DNA of 64,000 nucleotides from an uncultured virus (IMG/VR IMGVR_UViG_3300045738_001977). Its lineage: Duplodnaviria > Heunggongvirae > Uroviricota > Caudoviricetes. The stretch is from the IMG/VR virus record IMGVR_UViG_3300045738_001977, one strand, 5' to 3'. The notes below the pieces were generated by a model that worked only from the letters and a program-made list of their open reading frames with translations, had not been told where the DNA came from and did no database searches. How positions within the stretch are numbered: the stretch's first letter is position 1; each line of letters starts with the position of its first letter. Position numbers and translations under genes: made by a program. Shown one piece after another: positions 42,601-57,600 of this stretch.

Positions 42601-45600
42601 GAAGCCTTAGAAAAGCGGGCTCAAGCAGAAGAAGAATTCAAGAATAAATTAAGTGCCGGAGCCATGGCTGTCGGAATGGCAATGTCGGTAGCAGCCGGAA
42701 TGATACAAGATGAAACCTCAAGATGGAAAAAAGGCATGGAAGCCGCTGGCCAAGGAGCGCAAATGGCAGCGACTGCGATGTTTATGATTCCGGGTCCGAT
42801 AGGTCTATCTATTGGCGCGGTATTGGGAATCGCCACCGCTGCAAGAGGAATATTCCACGCCATGACAGATGTTGGCCCTAAACTTAAGAAGGCGTTTGAA
42901 CAAGGTAGAGAAGAATTAACAAAATTTAGTAACGGAATACAAAAATATACACAATTATATCAAAAAAATATGCAGGCCCACGAAGACCCGAATACAAGTG
43001 CGCAAACACTTATTAGGTTAAATAGGCAAATGGCGGAGGCGTTAATGGATGTTCCGCTTGCGTACAGGGCTCAAATAGCTTCCGCCAAAAACATGACCCA
43101 GATGCAGGAAGAAATGGCCAACGCATTGGCCGAAAAGACAAGGTCTGTTCAACAGATGGAAGTCTCCGCGAAAATCGGACAAAAACTTGACGACTCGAGA
43201 GGAATGTTACCAGATACTGGGCAAGATCTAATGAGGTGGATAGGGTTGAAAAAGCTCGGCCAAACAATCGGCATGGTTGACAAGGAGCCTTATAATCCAA
43301 AAACTCGCGGTGGAAGAATGGAAGCGAAAGCAGTTGCAAATAAATTACTAACATCTCTTTCAGAAACACAGCTTGATACAGTAATGAATTTCCAAGAACA
43401 AGTTATTGACAACGATGACAACCGCAGGGCCTTGCCCGGCTCCGGCAAGGAGACTACCGCGGCATTGAGGCTATCAGGAGAATTAATGAGGGATGTTTCA
43501 TCCATTGAGGAATTAGTTGACGTTCTTGAGGACATGAGAAAAAATGGAGCAGCCGTCTCTATGATTATGGCAAGAGTATCTGCTGGAGCCGCACGAATGA
43601 AGGAGCAGCTGGAAGTAGAAAAAGACCTGTCGAGAATAAGAGGAGAACAGAAACACTGGAACGAACAACTTTCAGATTCGTTAAAAGCCTCAGTAAATTC
43701 ATACAATCAAGCCAAATCTGCGTACGCTCAATTCTTACAGCTCATAGGTAAAAAAATGGCCTTCCGGGAAAAGATGATACAAGAAAGGGGTAGCAAATTT
43801 GGAAAAATAGGAGGGCGAACCGCGAGAGAAATAAAATATAAAGAAGTAGAACTTGATATGAAAAGACTAGCGCCATTCATGAGCGCCGGCGATGCCTCAA
43901 GAAAGAAAGAGCAGCTCGCTATGGTTCGAATGTTGGACAAAAATGCAAAATCCATAGAAGCCGTACTAACCCCGGTAGCAAGCGATATGGGGGCTATTGT
44001 ACAGAAACAGGTTGCCTCAGTAAAACTTCAAGCAAAACAACTAGAAACGGGAACTCCGGGGGCAGGTGGATCAAAAGACAAATGGGTTGCTGCTACGAAA
44101 AAAGTTAAAAAAGCTTTGGACCTTCAGGAAATGGTTTTCTTCCAAGAGCGGGAAGAAATTGGAAAAGGTTTTACTCCCGAACAGATATACCAAAGAAGAG
44201 AAAATCTTATGGCCTCGCCACTTGCTAAAGAGGTTCTAGGAGGCGGAAAGATTTCGCAAATCATGACGGATTTAGGGACCAAAGTAATGGTCACTAATCA
44301 AAAACTTTCTGAAATGAAAATTGAACAGTTAAAACAGCTGAAGGCGATGCTTCATGGAAATATAGTGGCTGAAAGAATGCGTCAGGATAAGGTAGATTTA
44401 AAAACCATGGGTGGAATAGAGGCTTTTCTTAACCCAAGCGCTTTCAAGCCCTTGGAGCAGGCTTATAACAAATCTCTCACAAATCTATCAAGGGGTCGAG
44501 AATATGGCTCGCAAGAAACAAGGGGAAGAGGAGCTATGCAATACCTGTTGTCCATGAAGCAGATGACGGGAGGATCATTGGACGCTAAAAGCCCAATGGT
44601 GGAGCGTTACAGAAGAGAAGCGATTAGTGGGAAAATGACCGATGAAGCAAACAAATGGAGATCTCTCGCTGATAGAGAATTTCAGGAGGCTGGTAGAGCT
44701 CCAGTCGGAAGTCGAGATCGATCAGACCGTTTAGCTGCCGCTGATTATGCGATGGGTAGATCAGAAGATGTCGAAGGGTTGACAAGAACTGCTACCAAGC
44801 AGGTGGACGCTAAGCTTAAGCTTGACAATACTATCATAGGAAATTTGCAAGACATGAATAGTTGGCTAAAGCAAATTAAGGAAGTCCTAGATCTAAAAAC
44901 AACAGAGAACGACAGAATCCTTTCGAGAGCTTTAGAAAAAACCACAGCAGGCCCAGACGCAGAGCGTGTTGATCGACAAGTATTTAATTTTCGCCAACAA
45001 ATAAAAATGCAGCAACAGCAGGCTGAAGATATAGCGTCCACAAAAGAACATATAAATAATATATTTGCAGTAATGAAGAAAGTAGCTGTGGCATCCAAGG
45101 GAGAATACGACACCGAAGACATGGAAGATTCTTTCACGATGCAGGGCATGAATAACTTTTTTAATCAAGCGAAGTATGTCCAGCCGTACGAACGAAACGA
45201 AAAAGGTCAATTTTACTCAACAAAAACTAAGGGGTTTGAGGATAATGTTGCGCTAAAAGATAGAAAACAAATTGCTGGTAACCCCTTAGTAAAAGCGATG
45301 GCATTGATCAAGAAACAAATGGGTGATATCCAAGAACGTACTACTGGGAAGAGAGGCGAAAACTGGACCAAAGGTGACGTAGGCATGCAAAAAAGATATG
45401 GGGCGAGGGGCAAAGTCACCGGCAGAGAATATGTGGCGCGCCACGAAGGGGGAGACAGAGAAGCGTACCGACGCCTGACCAGCGAACTAATTTTAATTAA
45501 AGGAATGATGAAAAGCTCTGATATAGCCGACACGTTCACCGACACAATGAAAGGCGGGGCAAACAGAATGGTAGCAGAGCAAGCCCTTAGAGTACAGTCT

Positions 45601-48600
45601 GGTGTTGATCAGCACGGTAAACCTCTCCCCGAGGGGGGAGGTGGTTATGGCCAATCCAGCAAAGAAGCGCCACAAGTAACCCCAAGAGGAGTCCCGATTT
45701 ACAGTGGAGGCGCGGAAGATCGCAAGGTCGATGCGCAGGTTGACGCAGCGTATGACGCAGGGCATCGCTGGGATGTTGTCTCCGGCGGTGAACCCGAAGG
45801 ATTTAGAGATTTCCAGCGCATTGGAATGGAAAATGCGAAACTGACAAGCGACCCAATTTGTGAATGTATTAGGGCTCTTGGAAATAAATTTGCTGACTAC
45901 GGGGGAAATTACAAGATGTCCGGTGTTGAGAAGAATCAACCTTTCCCTAAAGATGTTGGCGCAGCGTTCCCAACAGGACCCGGTCTTCCACAAACATTGC
46001 CCTTAGTACCTATGGTTGCCGCAGCCACCACCGGAATACCCGCAATAGTCAGAGCTATATCAACGGGCTGGAACAAAGTAAAACAAGGCTGGGACAAGGC
46101 TACCAAAAGCAGATTTGCGCAAGAAATTAAAAGTCGCGCGGCACGTTTCAAGGAGGCGGGAGGATTTAAAGGGGCTGGAAAACGTTTTGCGGCGGCGTAT
46201 CGTAGCCCCGAGACCTATAAAGGCGCAGAAAGGAAAACGCTAACTCGCGCTGGACTTAAACAGTTGGCGGGAGGACAACAACAACTAGAGATGTTTAGCA
46301 AGACGGGTGGGCAAGGTCAATATCTTGGCGAAGAACCAACGTACCGTATGGACAAGAATACGCTCTCACAACGTGCTGGCGGCTTCCTTGGGAGAAACCT
46401 GCCAAAATTTATGGGTGGACAAGGTTTTGCCGGCGACGCAGTTAAGTGGCGTGAAGGCGGAGGCATGGGAAGATTAAAGGATAAAGGGGCGGAGGCTGTT
46501 TCAAAGATTAGGGCCAGTATGGAGCCTCTATTGCAAAAATACGCGGATTTCTCAGGACGTGCGCCAGAACGACGGGAAGAAGTAGGCAAGTCGCTTAAAA
46601 AATTATTGCAAAAATACGCGGATTTCTCAGGACGTGCGCCAGAACGACGAGCTGCAGTCGGGAAAGGATTTAAAGATTTTTGGGAAGGAATGAAGGGACA
46701 AAAATTTGAGACAACCCCTTCTAAATTTGGTCATGATCCGGGGCGCGCGCAGCGAGCAGGCATAAAGACTTTTGACGCACTACTTAAGATAATGAACAAA
46801 ATATCAGGCGGCACAACCGACTTGGTTACTCTACAACAAAAGGGATTAAATACATCAAAAGCCGGTTGGGCAAACATGAAGGCTTGGAACACGGTCATGG
46901 GCGCGATTAAAGCAATTCCAAATATATTTGTTGGTGCTGTTCAAGGACTCGCGGGCGGCGGAGAAGGATGGAGATCAGGTGGTTTTGGTGGAAAAAGTGG
47001 CGCTTGGTCAGAAAAAGGAATAGACAAGCTTATAAGAGGAATTTCAAAAGGAGTAGGTTATGTAGTTGGCGCGGTGCCAAGGGCAATTATCAAAGGAATT
47101 TGGAAAGCAATGCCGCTAGAACTTGTTCCGCCTACAGCGCCTGAGACGGCCAAGGCCATCGAGGCCGCAAAGGTGAAGGCAATGCCCCGTACCGGCATCG
47201 GAGGTGGGATCAGTGACGCCATCGCAGAAAAATCAGGGGCATCGGGGGAGACAAAAGCCTCGCGAGGTAAACTTAAATGGAACTTTGGCAAGGGAGCATT
47301 GGGATCATTGGGTGAGTTTGCTGACATAGGTCAAATGCGGACAAGGTTTAGTGGTGCGGACGCAGAAAAAACGTGGCAAGCAAAAGTTGCAAAAAGACAA
47401 ACCGCGTATGAAAAAGGTGGCAAGGCGCGCCTGCAGGCGAAAATGACCGTGGCTGGAAAAGGTGAAATCGCGCCAGTGCAGGTGCCTATAAAAGCAGGAG
47501 CAAAAGAAAGATGGATGCGCGCCAACGCCCGGGACGGTCGCGTTGGGGGAATGGGAAGCCAACGGGGCGTAGGTTCTGGCGGGGGCGTCGTTCGGCACTG
47601 GATTGATGCCGCTCGCCGCCAAGTTTTCGGCAGAGAAATGGGGGGGTTAGGAAAAGGTCATAGACAAAACTTAGCGCTAAGTGAAGAGGGCGGAAAACTT
47701 GGAGCTGGAAAAACTTTTACGGATCGATTCACCGGCAAAGGTGGAACCGAAATCCAAAGAGGGACTATTGGCAAATGGTTAACAAGCCCTCTAAAATCCG
47801 CGAGCGCAGCTTGGAAAGGTGAAGGTTGGGCTGGAGCAGGAAGAGGAAGTTTGTATGACCGCACAGCAGAACGCGTGAAGGGTTGGCATGGGGCAAAAAT
47901 GGAGGGCGCGCAAGGCCCGGGGGCTTTAGCAGGGGCAAAAAGAGCTGGATTAACAGGCTTAGGTTACGCGGGTAGAGGCATTGACGCAACTCGTTCATTT
48001 ATGCAAAAGCCACTTCCGAGTTTAGGCGGAAGAATGGCGATGACATATGGAATAGGCAAGGCTATTAGTGGAGTCACGAGCGCTGCCGCAGGTGACCCAC
48101 ATCGGGATATGGCCGATAAAAAAGGATTTTGGGAGAAAGGATTAAGCAGAAATCTTTTGGGCAGCTTTACGAAAACAGGAAGAAAGGAAAAGGGCCACCT
48201 AGAGAACTTAAGTGGCGGTCTTATCGATACAACCAGTTGGACGCACCAAGGTCGCACAGGAGAATCTGGCTCAACAGATTTTCGCTGGAGAGGAAAAGAA
48301 GCCGTAGATGCAACTTTGATTAATACTGTTGCGGCAGGCATATTTCGAAATTTGTCGGGAGAAATGGGAGCAAGTCAATTTGCCAAGCAATACGCAACTA
48401 ACGCAGCGGGGCAGGTTCCGGTATACAGTCAGGGTTACAGTCATGCTATGGACGCGACTTCGAATACGGGCAAATTCTTTGGAACGAAGACGACGGGCTA
48501 TCTAGCAGATACCAGCGCGAAGGGTGTTCGTGGAGCACTTGGGAAAGGGATCGAAGGACTCGGAAAGTTACTAGACAAAGTAACGGGCGCAAGCAGTAGG

Positions 48601-51600
48601 GCAATAATTAACCCACCCATACGTTCTACCGGCCAAGGATTCTCTATTGGGCAAACGGGGAAAGCTGCAACCACCTCAGCACCACTAGGTGCCGCAAATC
48701 TACTAAAGGGCGGGTTAATACATGTTGTAGGAAGCGCGCTTGGAGATTTTATAAGAGCTCAAGCCGGTGAGTTTGAAGGAGGAGGCGCGGCAGATATTGG
48801 AGGATTCATGACGAAAGTGGGCGCTGCTGCTTATGGTGGCACTGTAGCGACTGGTGGAAATTTTGTTGGGGGAGCTATTTCTGGTATAATTGAAGCTGGA
48901 TTCGAATTTAAACAAATAGGTAATGATGTAGGCGCTTTAAATGACCAAATGAATGAGCTTGGAAATTTATACGGATCAACAGCGAACCAATATAGAACTC
49001 ATTTTAATAGTTGGGCTAGTGACATGACAATGTCCGGGAAACACATGAAAAAATTTGGTGATACTTTTAAAGCGATTGGTGAGTGGAAGGCGACACAGCA
49101 AGAAACAATGGGAGCGACCGCGAGAGAGAGCCGGCCGGGAGTGGGATCATTTATCTGGGACGCGGTCACGCTTGGTGGTCGAGAAGGCTCCACTGATAAA
49201 AAGATATATGAAGCGACAAGTGGAGCCAGAGAGAAAGAGGCGGCAGCGTTAGAAGTGTTAAGAAAAAAAGTTTTACAGTTGGCGCGCGACCTAGGAAGAA
49301 CAAAAGATGGCATTGTTAAATTTGCGAAAATTACGAATGTAGCTGGAGAGTTAGTAACGAACGCTTACAAAATGGATATTAGAACAGCGGGAGGTGGAGG
49401 CTTGCAGCAAATGTCAGACAGGTTGTTGAAAGATGCGGTTGCAGGTAGGGGAATCAAGGAACGGGAAACCGCGAGACAAGACGCCATAGATAAACATAAA
49501 AGATCAAAATCAATCGGTTTGTCAGTTGCCGGGCAATTTGGTCAAGGTTCTTTCGGCGGAGCGATAACCGATGAAAATGCGCAAATTAAGATGGCCCGGG
49601 CCGTAGCGTTGGGAAAATTGGCAAAAAAAGAGGAACTCGCCGTCAGCAAAGTGCCTTCGCGATACCAGCCTGAGGCACGAAGACAATCAGAAGCCAGAAT
49701 GAAACAGATAGCTCCACAATCCTTTGCGAAGTGGGAAGAGGGTGGCAAAAAGAATGCGTTTTCAGTATTTCTTAAAGAAGGTCGAGACGCCTTAACGAAA
49801 ACGCAGGGCAGCAAGCCATCGCCGATGGATCGAGCCAAAACTGGTAGACAGCAAAGCGAATTTGGAAGTTTTTATGCTTATGAAGAGATGTTCAAACAAT
49901 CTTCAGACCAATCCTCACAAAGAGGTCAAGGGGTAATGATAGGAATAATGACCCGTCAATTACACGAATTAAGAATGATAAGAGAAATCAACGATGGTTG
50001 GTCAAGAGCTAGCGGCACTAGCGGAGTACCGAAACGTGCGACATTTATTAAAACAAAGCCTGAAGAACATCAACGTACGGCTTATGCGGGTAAAACAGCT
50101 GGTATTCAAATAGTAACAGCGATGAATAATGCGGTTGCTCAGCAACAGGCCGCTCAAGGTCGTCCGTATCAGCAACCTGCTCAAAATAGGCCTTGGCCGC
50201 AGCGACCTGCGCAACCCGGCGCTGCACAACCCGCACAACCCGGCACTGCACGACCCGGCACTGCACGACCCGGCACTGCACGACCCGGCACCGCACAGCC
50301 CGCACAATCCGGTGCTCCGCAACCCGGACCCACAGATTCATCTGCGGTTGATGCTGCGAGGTATGCCGCTGGAGCGCCGCCACTAAATTCACCTACCGCA
50401 CCTCCTCCCCCAGCTTTATTCGGCATGTCGCAAGTGGGCGGGGTAAATATTTACGCACAAAATACGCAAGCAACCAGCGATCATTACAGAGACCTAGCGG
50501 GCGCTGGTCGTCGCGCAGGTCCCGGCCCAAGACAATTAGCGCAATACAAGAATGATGGATGGGATGGGACAGGGTCAGGCGCGCATTGGGCTGGAGAACC
50601 GGGGGCAATGGGCACACCCAATAGAGGTTCAACTGTAGTGCTTGTGGAGCAACGCTCGCGAGCAATGCAGCCCGGCGCAGATATTAATCAAGCTCCTTAT
50701 GCGAGCGGAGGAACTCCTCCTGCGGACGCGGCTTCTTCCATAATTAGTGACGGGCAGAGAATGGTTTTGCAAGCCGTAGCGGCCGCCCGAGCTGCGATGG
50801 AAGAATTAGAAAGAATGAAACAGCCCGCGGAAAGCCCATATGGCGACACAATGGGTGACCCAACCGACATCGCCGCGCAAACTAAAATAGTAAAAACTTT
50901 AAAAGATAAAGTAATATCCTTAGGCGGAAAAATTGGCGCAGTAGTTGGCAGAAAGAAAGCTGAAGACGCAGCTCCCGACGCGCTAAAAGGGCCCGCTGGA
51001 GCAGTTGGCGAAGTCGCAGGAAGAGCTCAGGGAGCAGCCACCACTAAACAATTTATAGATGCCATATCAGGAATCTCCCTTGGAGATCAAATGATTGCTA
51101 CCGCTATTGTCTCTGGTTTTCAGGCGTTAGTAACAGCTGCCAAAGACCCCTCGAAAGCCGGTGATGTTAGCGGTCTAGGAAACATAATTAAAGATTTCTT
51201 AACAAGATCCCAAGTGTCAAACTTTTCAGGTGGCAGCGGCAGAGCCGGATCGCCTCCTACAACTGAAACTCCTGAGGCTCCAACTCCAGCTAAGCCCGTG
51301 GTTCCAACTCTAGCTAAGAAGCCCGTGGTTCCAACTCCAGCTAAGCAGGCTCCATCCCCGAACACACTACCCACTGATAAGGTTGACCCAGACACGGGTT
51401 TACCCAGTAGCGCCGCTAATGCGATACCAAATGCGGATTTCATGGACTCACGCGCGCGGGCACAAGGCGTTGACCCAACAACAGGTTTACCCACCGCCGG
51501 CATTAGTCAACTGGGTGTTGACCCATTAACGGGTTTACCCACTGGCGGCGGCCCGGGAGGTGGCGGTGGCAGTGGCAGTGGCGGCGGCTATGGCGGTGGC

Positions 51601-54600
51601 GGAGCTACTTTGGACACTGGCGTACAAGCTGCCCTCAGCGCAACGCCCGTCACTGGCGACCCAACAAGTTTACCCGTCGGCGCATTCGCACCCGGAACGG
51701 CCTTACAGGATATGGGCGGGAGCAGACCGCTAAAAACCGATCCGATGTGGTCTAAAGGACTGGCACCGAACTGGGCGAAGGCCGAGGAGAATAAAGACGC
51801 CATCAACCAAAGGCCAATCCCCGTGGGAATGACTAAATTCAACGCGATGGGGGAGGATGTGCCGCTACGGGAGCTGACAGCGTTTGAAGCTGGAGGTATC
51901 CAAGGGCTTGAAAACCGTGACGTTAAATTGCGCATCGGTCAAGGGAAGCTAGCAACCACACCCGATCAAAGACAAGGCTTAACAAGGGCTATAGCTACAG
52001 GAATGCAACGCCCTGTGGACGAGGGTGGTTTCGGGATGACCGCGGTACGGCATTCATACGTAGGCGGTCAGGAAGCGGTCCCCGGCGTGGCAATGTCAGC
52101 CGGTACGCTTGGCGCTCGGCACGGAGTGCCATACGGGGGCGCATATTCGGGGTCTAAATCGTCGAAGGTGGCGGGCGGCGTAGCCACCACACGAATAATT
52201 TCTGCGAGCGAAGGCAAAGTGAAGGAGGCAAAGGAGAGACTTGAAAAGGCAAGAAAGGCCAGAAGCAACTACAAAGGTAAAAAAGGTTTGAATGAACCCA
52301 AGTGGGTTGAACTTGACAAGAAATTTGCTGAGGCACAATACGAACTTGAAGCTTTACAAGCTGGTGGAGAAACCGAAACAAGTCAAGAAAGAAACGTAGG
52401 CGTTGCAGCGAAAACGTCAGCTCAACCAAGTCAGCCAGCCTTTAGAAGAAAGATACCGACTCAGGGTGGAGCGGGGTATACGAGCACTGGAACATATGAA
52501 TTTCGTCACGAGAAAAAAACTGACGAAGAGGCCCGCCGACTCCTCGGGGAACAAGCAGCGGTAGCCGGCGGCGAGAGGCAGGCGAATTATTCTACCACCC
52601 CGGGCGTGCGGCGTGTGAAACCCGGCAGTCAAATTATTTCACAGCTCAAACCCATCGAGCACGCGGGCGTACCAATAGATAATAGCAAAATGACAGAGGG
52701 ACATTTTGATAAGGGGATGTTTTTTGGGCCGTACGCAGATCAATCCTATAATCCGAATGCCCAAATAGGTACCAGCGGTTCTAATGCGCAGGAAGAACTC
52801 ACAACCCTTCGAGGAAAACTCGAAGGTCCTAATGCTCTTGGAAAGAATGAGTACGCAATTTTAGCGTCAGAGGAGACAGGTCAAGAAAAGATTCAAGGAC
52901 CCAAAGGGACAAGAGGAAAAATTGATGCAGTATTAAGAAACATGACAGTAGGAGATCTCTACAGAGGTACGCAAGCGGAAACCGTAAACAAAAGGAGTGG
53001 AAGACCGCAGAGCCCCCAGCAGCGAATAAAGTTTGGAGGAAAAGCTGCAAACCTAGAAACAAGCAAAGGAACAATGGCTTCGTGGGATGAATTCTCCACG
53101 GGAATGGAGCAAATAAGATATAGCTTAGGAGGGGAAATAGATCCGTTTAACATGGCGGAACAAACCCCGGGGCTTGGCGGCAAAAGGCTTAGCGATGTAG
53201 CGAGGGCTGAAGGCGAGCTGTTATATACTAACAAAAGAAAGGTCGACGGGAAAACACAAGTTACGGGTCGAGAAGGCGCGGGTCGCTTGTATGCTCGGCA
53301 AGGGAGATATGAACTAGGTAAAAGCGGATTCAACCAAAATACTGGCGAAGGAATATACGGAACAGGAATTCTAGCGCAGCAATCAGCTTTTATGCAGGGC
53401 CCCTTACGAGCGCAAACTGGCATATTTGGTCAGGCCATGGAAAGATATAGAGGGGGAGGAGCAGCCCTTACGGAGCAGGAATTTGCCGGCGGTCCAAAAT
53501 CACAATTTCAAAAACAACTATTTCAAATCAAATCAGCACAAGTTGGCACATTTGACCGTGGCCAAGGCAAGCAGGGCGATTTCTCACCGGGGGGCATTGC
53601 CGCGTATGGGAAAAAAGGCATGCGAAGCCAACTTAAGCGCGAATTAGACAAAGATGGAAAAACTGAAAGATGGATGTTTAGAGGCAAAGAAGTAAAGAGG
53701 GGTAGTGATTTAGCGAGGAGAATTTCGACAGGCACTCAGTCAACCCTAGGTTATCGAACTGAAAATGACGCAAAAACAAAATTAGGTTTAAAGAAGGATG
53801 GCGGCACATATGATTCCAGTAAGCGTTATTCATTACAGGGTCAAGCGGAGTATGCGGCGGAACAATATCGCTCGGCTAAAGATGACAAAGGGCGGGAACG
53901 CGCAAAACGCTTGGCGCCCAAAGGTTTAGATTTGTGGAACGAAGACAGTGCCTATAGAAAAGGGCTGGACAAGTTACAGCAAGAAGGTTTAACCACCGAA
54001 GGCTTAGGGGCTGGAGACATATCGCAATACGGAAGAAGATTTCGTAGGGATAACGAAGGAAATCTGCAACGGAAAGCTCAAGAAGACACCAAAGGCTTTG
54101 TAGTAAACGAACGTATAGCGCAAAAATTTGAAGAAAAGAAAATCAGTAATGAACGCGCCGGCACGGTCATCCCCGGAGGGAAGCGCACTGAAGATCAATT
54201 GAGAACGGCTGGCCGGGAAGAAATGCTTGGCCTAGAACCGGGCCAACTTACGGCAGAACAAAAGAAACAAATCGAAACCCAACGTCGAGCGCGACCGGAA
54301 GAAGGATTAACGGACGCACAGCGAACTAAACTTCAATCGCAACGAACAGCCAAACGAACAACCCAACGAGCAGCTCTCACGGACAAGACGGCGAGCAGCT
54401 ACGCTGGCACTACTGGTGGCGAAGCCGAATTCAAAAGAATATCAGCAAACTATAACAAACTTATGGAAGCAAGGGGAGGAGAGAAACTCTCTGATGCAGA
54501 ACTCAAAGATTTTTTGGCTGGCGAAACGAAAGGGGCATTACAACCTCCTGACGAGCGTCGAGGCAACCTGAGAATCAGGTCGGAAAAAGTGGGTCAGGGA

Positions 54601-57600
54601 GCAGCGTGGGTGGAAGCCGGAGGTGATCCCTCCAAGCTCCATCGCGCCCAAGTCGAAGCAGAAAAGCATCAAGCGGAAGTGGAGCGCGCCCCAGAAACCA
54701 CTTACGTAGGGTCATCTCGCGGTGTCTACAAACTGAGCGGGGAAGGCGAGCGAAAGCGGAGAATCGAGGAAGCGGAAAACGAGAAAATCGCTGCTCAAGA
54801 AGAATTGGTTGCGCACCGGGCGCCTACAACCGACAGATTTGGCGGTCAAGAAGCTGCAGAAACTTTACAAGCAAACCTTAGAAATATTTGGAGAGTTGGC
54901 TCCGAAGGCTTTAGTAACGCAATGCCTACCGCACTACAACAATTTGCTGCTTCGGGAGCATTTAGCGTAGACGAACAAAAAAATCTCGCTACAGCGGCAA
55001 CTCGAGCTGACGCTCAGGGTACATTTGGTTTACCGATTTTTGGAGAAGGAGATACTGGAGGAGGACTTACTGGCGAAAGTTTTGCTAAGGCCCTCAAAGA
55101 CTCCGCTCATGAAAAGAAGAAAATACGTCTTTCCGAAAAACAATTAGATAAATTAAATCAAATAATTGATGCTCTAAGAACAGGCTCCCCAGAAGAACAA
55201 GCAACAGGAGACAGACTAGAGGCCGTAGCTAACGCAATAACCGAACGCGGAACACTCGGCGGGGGTCGCGCTGGCGCCGGACAAGCCGGAGGATTTGTTC
55301 CAAACTTTAGCAGGGCAGCTGAAGAAGCAAATATGCCTGCTGGAGCAAAGGCCTATTATGATGGGTCAGTTCAAATCAATGGACAAAAGGGAGCATGGTT
55401 AAACACTAGTGAAAAAGTTTTCAGGGGCGTAGGGAAAAACGGAGACAGCGCAGTTCTTAACGAAAAAATGATGAGAGCTGCAGCTAATGCGGCGGACGGC
55501 TTTGTTCCGAATTTTGCTGGTGGGATGAGTCTAGCTCAAAAAGCAACGGAGAAACCAGAGGACAGGAAGGCTCGCATAAGTAAAGAAAAACGCTTAAACC
55601 TACGTCTCGCTGGCGCAGCGAAAGAACGGAAGCCCGAAAAGAAGCCGTGGTACAAATTTTGGAGCGAAGGCTTCGTTCCTAACTTTGGTGGCTGGTGGTC
55701 TGACATGAAAACGGGCGGAAGCATGTTGGTAGGGCTTGCTACTGGCGGCGCACTTGGCGATTCGAGCGCAGAGAATGATTTAGCTGGGGCTGACGCTTCT
55801 AATTTTAAGCGAGGTGAGATGACAAGGCGTAGCACATTGCAAAACTGGAATGCCGGTGCGACCGGAGCCAAGTACTTGGGAGATGGGGCGCAAGGGGCAT
55901 TGACGATTGCTACGGGCGGAGCATCGGCGAGTATTGTTGCCGGCGCAAAAGCCGTAAGTACAAAAGCCGTAGGTAAATTAACTACTAGTTATGCAGCCGC
56001 AGGGAAAGGGGGACAAGCTATTGCTCGGAATGCAGGCAATATTGACAACACGATTAGCGTTGTCTCATCCGGAACCCCTGCATTATACGCAAGCAGAGCT
56101 GGCGGCTTCGTTCCGAATTTCCAACCTCGGGGCGGCCGACGAAATCCGTTTGCCGCAGTAATGGCAACCCCACAAGTCGGCACAACGTCCGGCCCGGCGA
56201 CAATAGCTGCTCCCGGAAGACGTGGAGGCGGACGGCAAACATCGCTCGGCCCGGCCCCAATAGCTGCCCCCGGAAGACGTGGAGGCGGACGGCCTCAACC
56301 CAGAGTAGGAGCAAGACCTCAATCCGGGAGAAGTTCTGATAGTGCGTCAACTACCGTCCGTGAACCAACGGCAAAAGACATTGCAGACCTACAGCAAGAA
56401 GAGCGCAACTTTCAGGCGGCCCGAGCTCTAGCCGCACGTAGAGCGCCGGAAATAGCGGCGGCTCATAAGGCGTACCTAGAAGCAAAGGGAACAATATATG
56501 AAAAAGGACGCCTTCGCCTTCGCGACGAACTGATCAAAGAAATATGGGGTGCTGGCTCCACGATAGCAACACCCACTGCGCCTGCCGCACCCGCTCCACG
56601 TGACCCAACGCCAGAAGAAATAACGGCCGCAGTAGAAGAAGAGCGCGCCTTTCAGAAAGCTGAAGCAGTGGCGAAAGCGAAGCAGCAAGTTAAAATAGCT
56701 AAAGAAGCTGCAGAGAAAAAACGCGCAAAAGCTCTAGCAGAACATAGAGGCTATGATAGAGAAACGGGGGGAACAAGAAAACTGGAAGTTTCCCTTAATG
56801 ACAAATACGGCAACATTTATACAAATAAATCAGCAAAAACAGGACAAAGATTTACCGCGTTCTCCCCAGACGGCAAAGCAATAGGGATGTATGAAGTAGT
56901 TCCCAGTGTTGGAGAGGGCTTCAACGAAAAAACCGGGAAGGGAACATCAAGGCTACAAGCAGTTCAGGGGTTAGGCAAAGGCCCCGGCACGTTACCACCC
57001 GGAACGATACTAAGAAATATTAACCGCATGGCAGAAGAAAGCCAAGAAAAAAGCGCAGGAAAAACAGAGGGTGCTACTTGGCGATCAGATAAACTACAGG
57101 AAACTAAACCTGTTCTTGCGGCCAAGCACATACCCACGCCCGCCGCACCTGCGCTCGCCGCACCTGCACTCGCTACTGTAGCTACGCCAGCCGACGAGTC
57201 AAAAGCCGATCGCAAAAAGCGCAAACAAGGTCGCCGAAAGAAACGGGCTGAGAAAAAGGCTGGCCAAAACATACCTCCATCGACCGCGCCCCTTGTTCCA
57301 ACTAAATCGCCACCAGAGAGCGGGCATGTGATGAATTATGATCCGAAAAGCGGCAGCTATTTAATTACAAACGGTAGCTTGGGTGACGTCGGTCAAATCA
57401 TTGGCCCAGATGGAAAAGTGTTGGGAGAAATAACGGTAACAGGAGAACACTCTAAGCGGAAAGAAGGAAACCTCATGACCGTAGCAACATCGACCATGCC
57501 GCCGGGCACAGATCCAACCGGATCAATTGTTCGTTGGGGCAAAAAAGAAGCAAAATATTCCGGCTTTGTTCCGAATTTTTCCACTGGTTTAGAAAGAGCA

